Below the pieces are notes generated by a model, which was not told the origin of the DNA, made no database searches, and was given only the letters and a program-made list of their open reading frames with translations. Shown in pieces: positions 29,768 to 37,447 of a stretch of DNA of 64,000 bases. Source of the stretch: an uncultured Verrucomicrobiae bacterium (GTDB taxonomy: Bacteria; Verrucomicrobiota; Verrucomicrobiia; Limisphaerales; Palsa-1400); assembly GCA_963764165.1 (NCBI GenBank), contig CAVXRD010000001.1, positions 1,376,001-1,440,000 on the forward strand, in the 5' to 3' direction. Made by a program: the position numbers and the translations under genes. The stretch's first letter is position 1. Each line of letters starts with the position of its first letter.

Positions 29768-32218
29768 ATGATTCGATACGTGTGCATTGTGTTGCTGGGG
29801 CTGGTTTCGTCCGCCATGGCGGGCCCGACAAATTCCATTTTATTCGTGACGCAAGTGCGCGTTCCCGGGGATTTCACGACGATCGCGTCTACCTTCGGCA
29901 GCCAGCTTTCGACACTTGATGCATGCGGCCGCGGCGGCGATCTTTACATTCGCTACCCGGACGGCACGCTGAAGAACCTTACCCGCGCCGCTGGCTACGG
30001 CAAGTGGGGTTCGCAGAACACCAATGGCATCGCTGTGCGCCAGCCGTGCGTCCATTGGTCCGGAAACAAGGCCGTGTTCAGCATGGTCATCGGCGCGCCC
30101 ACGCGGCAATTCGATTACTCCGGCAATTATTTCTGGCAGCTCTACGAAATCACCAATTTCACCAATCCAAACACAACGCCTGTCATCACCAAGGTTCCAA
30201 ACCAGCCCACCAACTACAATAACATCTCCCCGATCTACGGCTCGGATGACCGCATCATTTTCACGAGCGACCGCCCGCGCAACGGCGAGCCGCAACTCTA
30301 CCCGCAGTTGGACGAATACGAGGAAGCGGCCACCGTCACAGGCATTTGGAGCCTTCAACCGACAAACGGCAATTTGTTCATGGTCAATCACACGCCAAGC
30401 GGCGCCTTCTCGCCGATCATCGACAGCGCGGGCCGCATCGTTTTCAATCGCTGGGATCATTTGCAGCGCGACCAGCAGGCGGACACGGATTTTCTCGAAG
30501 GGACAGATGTCTACGGCTGCTTTAACTGGACCAGCGAAGCGTCCAATTCCGTGCCTACGACTAATACGACGGAAATTTTCCCCGAGCCGCGAAACGTGCG
30601 CACGGATTTGCTCGCGGGCACAGGTCTGTTCGGCAACGAATTCAACCAATTCTTCCCTTGGGCCATAGACCAGGACGGCACAGATGAGGAAACGCTCAAT
30701 CATATCGGGCGCCACGAGATTGGCGGGAGCTACGGCAACGCCTCCTTCACCAACGATCCCAATATTCAGGACCTCTATTATTTCGGCGACAATTACAACA
30801 CCAACACCATCGATAATTTTCTCATGGTGCGCGAAGACCCGAACGTCCCGGGATTGTTTTACGGCATTGACGCGCCGGAATTCGCCACCCACAGCGGCGG
30901 GCAGATTGTCTCCATCACGGGCGCGACGAACATCAACGCCTTTTACATGAAGCTCAATTATTTGACACCGCGCTCGACGCATTATTACGCCGATACGTCG
31001 AATGACATCCCTTCCGACTTCACGGGGTTCTATCGCAATCCCATGATGACATCGGATGGCTACATGATTGCGGCGCACACATCCTATCCGTTCGCCGAGA
31101 TGGACGGCGCCGACCCGAACTTCCCGAGCACACCGTATGATTTCCGGCTCAAGTTCCTCGTGATGAGCAATGGCTATTACGCGCCGTCAACCACGCTTAC
31201 GTCTGGCCTGACCAACGTGGCCACCTATTGGTCGCCGGACACGCTCGTAACCGAAACGAACGTACTGTGGGAGTTCGACCCTGTCGAAGTTATCGCGCGG
31301 GCGCGCCCGGTCCCATATTCCGTCCCGCTTCTGCAACCAGAACTCAATGCCTTCGCGCAGGCGGGGGTCGATGTGGCGACGTTCCAGGAATACCTAGTCA
31401 CGCACCAACTCGCCGTGATCGTCAGCCGCGATGTGACGACCCGCGACCATGCGGATCATCAGCAGCCGTTCAATTTGCAAGTCGCCGGCACAACTCATGA
31501 GACGCTGGGCGCTTCGGGCAGGATTTACGACGTTGCGTGGCTCCAGTTGTTCCAAGCCGACCAATTGCGCGGATTGAATTACGGCGACACGAACAACCCG
31601 CGCGCGGGCCGCCGGGTCCTTGCGCAATACCTGCACGATCCCGCGGTGAACAATCCCACAAACGCCTATGCTCCCACCTCGGGAATCAAAATTGCCGCGG
31701 ACGGCTCAACTGCCGCCTTCGTTCCGGCCAGCCGCGCTGTCTCGTGGCAGCTTGCGGATACCAATGGCACCGGCGTTGTCCGCGAGCGCTACTGGCTTAC
31801 CTTCGCCGCTGGGGAAATCCGCAGTTGCACCAGTTGCCACGGCATCAACGAAATGGATCAATCTGGAAAACCGGAACCGACCAACACGCCTACGGCACTC
31901 GTGCAATTGCTGAATTACTGGAAGACCAACGTCTCGGTGACCGCCAACTCTACCATTATCCAGCAGACGAATTATTTTGAAGTAACCTTTACGCGGCAAT
32001 CCGCGGAAACGGGCGTCACCTACCACGTCCAAGCATCCGGCGATTTGACCGCGTGGTCCGACATTGCGACCTACTCCGGTTCCAATATCAATTACACCGC
32101 CCAGGCCCAGGAAGTTTCCCGCTCCGGCTCACCCACCGAGACGATCACCGTCCGCGACGCGTCCGCCATCACGGCCCGCCCCACTCGCTACTTGAGAATT
32201 AATGTGACAAGGCCATAA
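29768..32218 (+). CDS. Secreted beta-propeller protein with hydrazine-synthase-alpha-like middle region and one CxxCH motif
   Basis: Signal peptide; PIYGSDDRIIFTSDR and GRIVFNRWDH propeller motifs; IAADGSTAAFVPA...RERYW...GEIRSCTSCHG; Thr/Ser-rich C-terminal tail. Confidence 0.75.
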   Translation: MIRYVCIVLLGLVSSAMAGPTNSILFVTQVRVPGDFTTIASTFGSQLSTLDACGRGGDLYIRYPDGTLKNLTRAAGYGKWGSQNTNGIAVRQPCVHWSGNKAVFSMVIGAPTRQFDYSGNYFWQLYEITNFTNPNTTPVITKVPNQPTNYNNISPIYGSDDRIIFTSDRPRNGEPQLYPQLDEYEEAATVTGIWSLQPTNGNLFMVNHTPSGAFSPIIDSAGRIVFNRWDHLQRDQQADTDFLEGTDVYGCFNWTSEASNSVPTTNTTEIFPEPRNVRTDLLAGTGLFGNEFNQFFPWAIDQDGTDEETLNHIGRHEIGGSYGNASFTNDPNIQDLYYFGDNYNTNTIDNFLMVREDPNVPGLFYGIDAPEFATHSGGQIVSITGATNINAFYMKLNYLTPRSTHYYADTSNDIPSDFTGFYRNPMMTSDGYMIAAHTSYPFAEMDGADPNFPSTPYDFRLKFLVMSNGYYAPSTTLTSGLTNVATYWSPDTLVTETNVLWEFDPVEVIARARPVPYSVPLLQPELNAFAQAGVDVATFQEYLVTHQLAVIVSRDVTTRDHADHQQPFNLQVAGTTHETLGASGRIYDVAWLQLFQADQLRGLNYGDTNNPRAGRRVLAQYLHDPAVNNPTNAYAPTSGIKIAADGSTAAFVPASRAVSWQLADTNGTGVVRERYWLTFAAGEIRSCTSCHGINEMDQSGKPEPTNTPTALVQLLNYWKTNVSVTANSTIIQQTNYFEVTFTRQSAETGVTYHVQASGDLTAWSDIATYSGSNINYTAQAQEVSRSGSPTETITVRDASAITARPTRYLRINVTRP

Positions 32219-32239
32219 GCCCCGATGCGGCCTCAGCAA

Positions 32240-32447
32240 GGCAGGGACGCCTTTGGGAAGCCGAACTTCGGCCCGAGGCGTCCGGAGTGAGGCGCGATTC
32301 CCGAGCCGACGAACGCCACCCTTGGGCGGAGATACGGCTGTGTCGAAGACCAGCCGCAGCATGTTGAAACGAAAAGCGCGCCTATGGATCGCAACGCGCT
32401 GCGGCTGATTCTTCGTCGCTTCGCTCCTACGAACACAGCCGCGCTCC
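32240..32447. repeat. Degenerate family-A REP followed by a second REP-like inverted pair
   Basis: ggcagggacgcct[insert]ccgaggcgtcc; cggctgtgtcgaagaccagccgcagc ... gctgcggctg...acacagccg. Confidence 0.65.
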
Positions 32448-32505
32448 CTAACATCATCCAATCCGGATATGTGATTTTAAGATATATGAAACTTAAAAGT
32501 ATTAG

Positions 32506-32535
32506 TTGCATAGAAATCAGCCCATGTGCTAGTTT
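32506..32535 (+). promoter_or_regulatory. Putative sigma70-type promoter
   Basis: TTGCAT, 18-nt spacer, TAGTTT with extended TG; AT-rich tract upstream; 12 nt before the leader ATG. Confidence 0.55.
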
Positions 32536-32547
32536 CTGACCCGTTCG

Positions 32548-32718
32548 ATGAAATCTTGCTTAAACACATCAGCCGCAAGCTGGCCGACAATGCGAGTCGC
32601 AACCGCGACACGGCATAGCCGTCCATGCCGCGGCTATGTTTCTAGCCTTGGACTATCCCTGGCCTCCATTGGAAAACAAATTGAAGGCAATTGGAATAGA
32701 CTGGCGGTAAGCAGGTAA
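32548..32718 (+). CDS. Putative 56-aa attenuator leader peptide (MKSCLNTSAASWPTMRVATATRHSRPCRGYVSSLGLSLASIGKQIEGNWNRLAVSR)
   Basis: Translated by hand, as it is shorter than any ORF in the track. Lies between promoter and terminator; the 9 nt before its stop codon form the antiterminator strand. Confidence 0.65.
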   Translation: MKSCLNTSAASWPTMRVATATRHSRPCRGYVSSLGLSLASIGKQIEGNWNRLAVSR

Positions 32719-32740
32719 ACTCTCGATCTGGACTTTATCC

Positions 32741-32777
32741 AACCCTGCTTACGAATCGTAGGCAGGGTTTTTTGTTT
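32741..32777 (+). terminator. Intrinsic terminator / attenuator
   Basis: aaccctgcttacg-aat-cgtaggcagggtt 13-bp stem + ttttgttt; its 5' arm (32744-32752) is complementary to 32707-32715. Confidence 0.85.
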
Positions 32778-33072
32778 CCCTAATATGACCGAATGAACAA
32801 TCCGCAACGAAAGGTGAATAGTCAGTGAGAATAGGAATCGCGACGTCTAAATGATGTCCAGTGGCGGCAAATTGAAAAACGCGAAGACGAGTCTTGACTG
32901 GTCACCGGTGTGGTGTGCCGACGAACCGTCCGCCTCGGTGCCGCAAAATACAAATCGAATTTTACATACAAAAGGCTTCCAAGGAGGTGTGCCTCTAAAC
33001 ACCGAAACAGCCGCCGTGAATCCGCGGGTTGATATCGCAAGATAGCAAGAGGTGTTTGTTCTTTGTTGAGAT

Positions 33073-33111
33073 GGGCTGGGAGATCATTGAGTCTCTCGGC
33101 CCTTTTACTTT
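33073..33111 (+). terminator. Second terminator-like hairpin
   Basis: gggctgggaga/tctctcggccc 11-bp stem (two G-U pairs) + ttttacttt. Confidence 0.6.
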
Positions 33112-33152
33112 CCGTGCGCGGGAATCTCCCGCGCGATCGCGCACACACTTAT

Positions 33153-33225
33153 GAGCCGCGCGCCAGCTTGAGCAGCCGAGTCTCCAAAACTTAGCAACCC
33201 GGGGCAGCACCGGGGCGGCTCGCCA
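33153..33225 (+). tRNA. Non-canonical tRNA-Trp(CCA)-like gene
   Basis: Perfect 7-bp acceptor stem GAGCCGC/GCGGCTC, G73, encoded CCA; anticodon loop CTCCAAA; 5-bp T stem CCCGG/CCGGG with atypical loop GGCAGCA; short degenerate D arm. Confidence 0.78.
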
Positions 33226-33430
33226 CTCATTTGAACGCCAAATTATTAACCCAAGGAAATCCCATGAAAGTTACCCGTCGCTACCAGAGTCAGTTGCTGT
33301 AAAGCAGAAGCTACAAACCTTGCCGCAGAATTCGATTCCGGCCCATCGCGAAATTGAAACTCGTGTTTCGTCCCGGCAATCGATTCTGCATTCGCCCGCA
33401 ATGCAAGCCGTCCGGCAGATAGATAAAACC

Positions 33431-33543
33431 GGTAGGGCGAGGCTCCTGCCGACCCATTCCCATTATTCCTATTATTCCCATACGCCCCATAAGATGAGAG
33501 CGATGGACTTAATGGGACGGCTCGGCGGGATCCCCGCCCTTCC
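33431..33543. repeat. GTAG-footed REP doublet (family B) enclosing CCCAT-periodic repeats
   Basis: ggtagggcgaggctcctgccga ... tcggcgggatccccgcccttcc. Confidence 0.65.
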
Positions 33544-33575
33544 ACGCCTCACAAATAATCAATGCTTACCAACAC

Positions 33576-34706
33576 ATGAACACCATCGAAGAAACTGCCA
33601 CGCGCGTGATTGCCTCGCCCAGCGCCTGGATCGAAGGCGAGGCGCTTCGCCAATTCTATGCCGTCGCAAAGTTTGACGGCATGCGCCAGGCCGTCGCCTT
33701 CCCGGATTTGCATCCGGGCAAAGGTGTGCCGGTGGGCGCGGCTTTCGTGACCGACAGCTTGATATACCCGCACCTTATCGGCGGCGATATCGGGTGCGGC
33801 ATGGCTCTCTTCAAGACGGATTTGCTTCGCAGGAAAGCCCGCCTCGACCGCTGGGCCGGATTGCGCTTCGACCTGGAGCATCGGTGGGAGGGCTCCGTCG
33901 GCGCATGGTTGGGCGCGCGAAATCTCGAACCCACCGAGTTCGATGACGCGCTCGGCACCATCGGCGGCGGCAATCACTTCGCCGAGTTGCAGGCCATCGA
34001 GAAGGTAGTCGATGCCGACGAACTGGCGATGCTTGAGCTGGGCAAGGAGGAACTCGTCATGCTCGTCCACAGTGGTTCGCGCGGATTTGGCGAATCAATT
34101 CTTCGCGCGCACGCAGCGGAACACGGCGGCAACGGCGTAGCTCCTGAATCAATCGCCGGAGAGACATATAGGCGTGGTCACGATCACGCCGTCCGTTGGG
34201 CCAAAGCCCATCGCGAACTCATCGCGCATCGATTCGCTTCGGCGCTCGGCGCGGAGGCATCGCGCATCTGGGACGGCTGCCACAATAGCATTACGCGGCA
34301 GGAAGCCGGCGGCGAAGAATTGTGGATTCACCGCAAGGGAGCCGTTGCTTCGGACAGCGAGTTCGCCGTCATTCCCGGTTCGCGCGGCTCATTCAGTTAT
34401 CTGGTGAAGGCAACTGGCGACGGCGAGAGCCACGCCTGGTCGCTGGCGCACGGCGCGGGCCGCAAATGGTCGCGCAGCGACGCGAGGATTCGGATGCGCG
34501 AACGCTTCAACGCCCCGCAATTGGAGCAAACGTCGCTCGGTGGCCGCGTCATCTGCGAAGAGCGCGATCTGCTCTACGAGGAAGCGCCCGCCGCCTACAA
34601 AAACATTGAGGCAGTGGTGCGGGATTTGGTCGATGCCGGACTCATCTCCGTCATCGCGGCACTCCGCCCGCTCCTCACCTACAAAACGCGCAAGCTCCGC
34701 CGATAG
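33576..34706 (+). CDS. rtcB: RNA ligase RtcB, release-factor-H-coupled type (RtcB2)
   Basis: WIEGEALRQ, PDLHPGKG, DIGCGM, GTIGGGNHFAELQ, HSGSRG, HN, HRKGA, IPGSRG, SLAHGAGRKW, LYEEAPAAYK, LRPLLTYK; short (376 aa) RtcB2-type length. Confidence 0.92.
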   Translation: MNTIEETATRVIASPSAWIEGEALRQFYAVAKFDGMRQAVAFPDLHPGKGVPVGAAFVTDSLIYPHLIGGDIGCGMALFKTDLLRRKARLDRWAGLRFDLEHRWEGSVGAWLGARNLEPTEFDDALGTIGGGNHFAELQAIEKVVDADELAMLELGKEELVMLVHSGSRGFGESILRAHAAEHGGNGVAPESIAGETYRRGHDHAVRWAKAHRELIAHRFASALGAEASRIWDGCHNSITRQEAGGEELWIHRKGAVASDSEFAVIPGSRGSFSYLVKATGDGESHAWSLAHGAGRKWSRSDARIRMRERFNAPQLEQTSLGGRVICEERDLLYEEAPAAYKNIEAVVRDLVDAGLISVIAALRPLLTYKTRKLRR

Positions 34707-34825
34707 CGCGTTGAGTCAAAAATCGGCAATGGGTTTGCGGCGTTAACGCCTGCCCGCGAGCAGCGACGCTGCGAATTCATTGCCGATTCCGCCTTATGAT
34801 CACAGTCAAACAAACACTCTAACTT

Positions 34826-35461
34826 ATGAAAATCAAACGCGCAAAACGCTCGAAAAACAAAACAGTCAAACCTCAAGCCAAGGTCGTCATTAAATTGAGA
34901 CCGTGGGGAGGTTTTATCGACGAGACCTATCGATTGGAATCGGCTCTGGCCAGGAAACCAAAGCTCGTTCACATAGAATTCGCCGGCACCGGCGAAATCC
35001 CAGCCGATTCAGCGCTGCTCATGCGCTCAATCATTCTCAAACGATCCGCCTCCACGCGCATCGTGACCAGCGCCCGATCCAGTTTGCAGGGCGCGTCCGC
35101 GCTCATCTGGCTGCTGGGCGACACGCGCCACATCCGCGAGGACGCCCGGCTGTATTTCGCGCCGGCCGGCCCATTCGTGGCCAGCGATGCGCCCGCAGTC
35201 TGGCGGGATCGAAATTGCTACGGGGACAACGATGAAATTGAAAAGGACGATTACATCCAAGTCCTCCACGCGATCAACGAATTCCTGCCCGTCAAAGAGT
35301 TGGCCGGCAGGCCTGTGGAGATTGCTGTTCTGAAACAATTCGGCCTCGTCGACAACGCGAAGGCGGACGAATTTCTCGCCGCCGCATTTCAGAAGGCAAA
35401 CGTCCAACGCTCCAAACCGCGCGCCACTCGCAAGAAAGAGGTGAAGGAAGCCTCTCGGTGA
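34826..35461 (+). CDS. Hypothetical protein, possibly degenerate ClpP/crotonase-like fold
   Basis: VHIEFAGTGEIPADSALLMRSII...IVTSARSSLQGASALIWLLGDTRHIREDARLYF aligns by eye to the ClpP core; basic termini. Confidence 0.55.
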   Translation: MKIKRAKRSKNKTVKPQAKVVIKLRPWGGFIDETYRLESALARKPKLVHIEFAGTGEIPADSALLMRSIILKRSASTRIVTSARSSLQGASALIWLLGDTRHIREDARLYFAPAGPFVASDAPAVWRDRNCYGDNDEIEKDDYIQVLHAINEFLPVKELAGRPVEIAVLKQFGLVDNAKADEFLAAAFQKANVQRSKPRATRKKEVKEASR

Positions 35462-35508
35462 CTGCGTGGAAAACGGCAGCGTGGAATCTTTGGCACAAGA
35501 TCGCCTAG

Positions 35509-36329
35509 GGCCTGTTAACACTAATTGACATTTTATAGGCGACAAGGCAAAATGGCTGGGTGGAGCTTACAGAGAGTCAATATCAGCGGGTTGCTGATTG
35601 TCTGCCGCGGCAGCGCGGCAACGTGAGCATGACCAATCTGCAACTTCTCAACGCCCTGCTCTATGTGGTGGAGCATGGGTGCAAATGGCGCGGCCTGCCA
35701 AAACATTTTGGCAACTGGCATACGATCTACACCCGCATGAACCGCTGGAGCAAAGCGGGCCTGCTGGATCGAGTCTTCGCCCGGCTCCAGCAGGAGCAAA
35801 TCCTGGCGATCCGGATCGAGCAAGTCTGCTTGGACAGCACGACGATCAAGGCTCACCCCGACGGCACCGGGGCGCTAAAAAAAACGGCCCACAGGCCATC
35901 GGGCGCTCCCGAGGCGGTTGCACCACCAAAATTCATCTGGTTGCCGCGAATGCCCAGTGCGCCTTAATGCTCAAGCTTTCCCCCGGCCAGGCGGGGGACG
36001 CGCCGCAAGGACGCGAGCTTTTGCAGGCGGGCGGGCCGGTTCCGGCAGGGCTTCCACTCATCATGGACAGCGCCTATGAAGGGGACGAGACTCTGCAACA
36101 GGCGCGGGAATTGGGCTACGCTCCAGTGGTTCCTCCTAACCCCCGACGCTTAAATCCGTGGGAGTATGACCAAACCCTTTACCGACGCCGCAATGAGATT
36201 GAACGGCTTTTTCGCCGACTCAAAAGCTACCGCCGAGTCTTCAGTCGCTTCGACAAATTGGATGCGTTGTACTCCGGATTCGTCGTCCTCGCGCTCATCG
36301 TGGAGGCGTTACGTTAGTGTTAACAGGCC
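35509..36329 (+). mobile_element. IS5-family (IS427-group-like) insertion sequence
   Basis: Terminal IRs ggcctgttaacactaa / ttagtgttaacaggcc, flanked on both sides by CTAG (35505-35508, 36330-36333). Confidence 0.93.
35560..36317 (+). CDS. IS5 transposase, two ORFs joined by a -1 frameshift at an A8 tract (35877-35884)
   Basis: ORF A: GCKWRGLPKHFGNWHTIYTRMNRW, LDSTTIKAHPDGTGA. ORF B: IGRSRGGCTTKIH, MDSAYE, YRRRNEIERLFRRLK. Confidence 0.92.
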
Positions 36330-36354
36330 CTAGAGCAAGAGGCCATCGGCGGAC

Positions 36355-36555
36355 GGGCAGACGCATCTGATTTCGGAAGCCTCTGATGCGGGACGCGAGG
36401 CGCGTCCCGCTGCACGCGGGGGCGCGTGCGCTCCCCAGACATAGGAGTTTCGCGAGCGCGAAATCCCTTTCAGGGGAGCACACGCGCCCTCGCGTGTCGC
36501 GGTCGGCGCCCCGCCGACCGCATCTCCCGCAATCCAAATTAAGATGCGTCTGCCC
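36355..36555. repeat. Nested element: 14-bp outer IR enclosing a gggagcacacgcgcc-type REP pair
   Basis: gggcagacgcatct ... agatgcgtctgccc; nearby 10-bp direct repeat ggccatcggc at 36341 and 36557. Confidence 0.7.
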
Positions 36556-36618
36556 TGGCCATCGGCATCAGAAATAAAAAACATGAAAACGAGTCAAACA
36601 TAACCAATAATAAAATCC

Positions 36619-37440
36619 ATGAGCACCACCATCGAAAAAGCACTGCAATTCCAAGAACTCCATCGCCGGCCGGGCGTGTTGTTAATACCGAATCCATGGG
36701 ACGCCGGTTCCACGCGAATTCTCGCAGGTCTCGGTTTCGAGGCATTCACGACATCAAGCGCGGCAGCCGCCGGCATCCTCGGCCGCCGCGACGGAAAGTT
36801 ATCGCGCGAGGAGGCGCTCGCCCATGCGCGAGTGATCGTCGAGGCCACCGATTTGCCAGTGGCGGCTGACTTGGAGCACGGCTTTGGAGATTCTCCCGCC
36901 GCTACCGCGGAGACAATCGAATTGGCGGCGGGCATTGGTTTGGTCGGCGGCTCCATCGAGGACGCCCGCGCGGACCGCGAGAAACCGATTTACGATTTGT
37001 TTCTCGCCATTGAGCGCGTTGCGGCAGCCGTGGAAGCCGCCCGCGCGCTGCCCTTTCCGTTCACGCTCGTGGCGCGGTCGGAGAATTTCGTCCGCGGCAA
37101 TCCAGACTTGGACGACACGATTAAACGGCTGGTCGCCTTTGAAAATGCTGGCGCCGACGTTCTATTCGCGCCCGGCCTTCCGACCTTGGAATCGGTGCGA
37201 GAAGTCTGCGCGGCAGTTTCCAAACCGGTAAATTTTGCGGTTTCCGCTCGCGGCAAATCCCACAGCGTGGCCGAACTCGTGGAAGCCGGCGTCAAGCGCA
37301 TCAGCTTCGCCGGCTCCTTCTATCGCGCCGCAATGACGGGGCTGGTCAACGCCGGACGTGAACCTCGCGAAAAGGGAACATTCACATTTCTTGACCACAC
37401 CATTCTCACCGCGGAATTGAATCAATTCCTCGAAGAATAA
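36619..37440 (+). CDS. Isocitrate lyase/PEP mutase family protein
   Basis: IPNPWDAGSTRIL, TTSS, ADLEHGFG, GGSIED, AGADVLFAPG. Confidence 0.9.
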   Translation: MSTTIEKALQFQELHRRPGVLLIPNPWDAGSTRILAGLGFEAFTTSSAAAAGILGRRDGKLSREEALAHARVIVEATDLPVAADLEHGFGDSPAATAETIELAAGIGLVGGSIEDARADREKPIYDLFLAIERVAAAVEAARALPFPFTLVARSENFVRGNPDLDDTIKRLVAFENAGADVLFAPGLPTLESVREVCAAVSKPVNFAVSARGKSHSVAELVEAGVKRISFAGSFYRAAMTGLVNAGREPREKGTFTFLDHTILTAELNQFLEE

Positions 37441-37447
37441 GATTCTA

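Noticed and set aside
29768..32218. Hydrazine synthase / anammox capability
   Set aside because: No hzsB/hzsC or multiheme partners, and only one CxxCH; the similarity is at domain level only.
32790..33110. Possible tmRNA or group I intron
   Set aside because: No tRNA-Ala-like ends, no tag frame ending in the typical hydrophobic-AA motif, and no recognisable intron core by eye; retained only as an unknown structured RNA.
33303..33422. Stop-codon readthrough extension or pseudogene after MKVTRRYQSQLL*
   Set aside because: The downstream frame has no recognisable similarity and is largely an inverted repeat (33324-33389); insufficient support.
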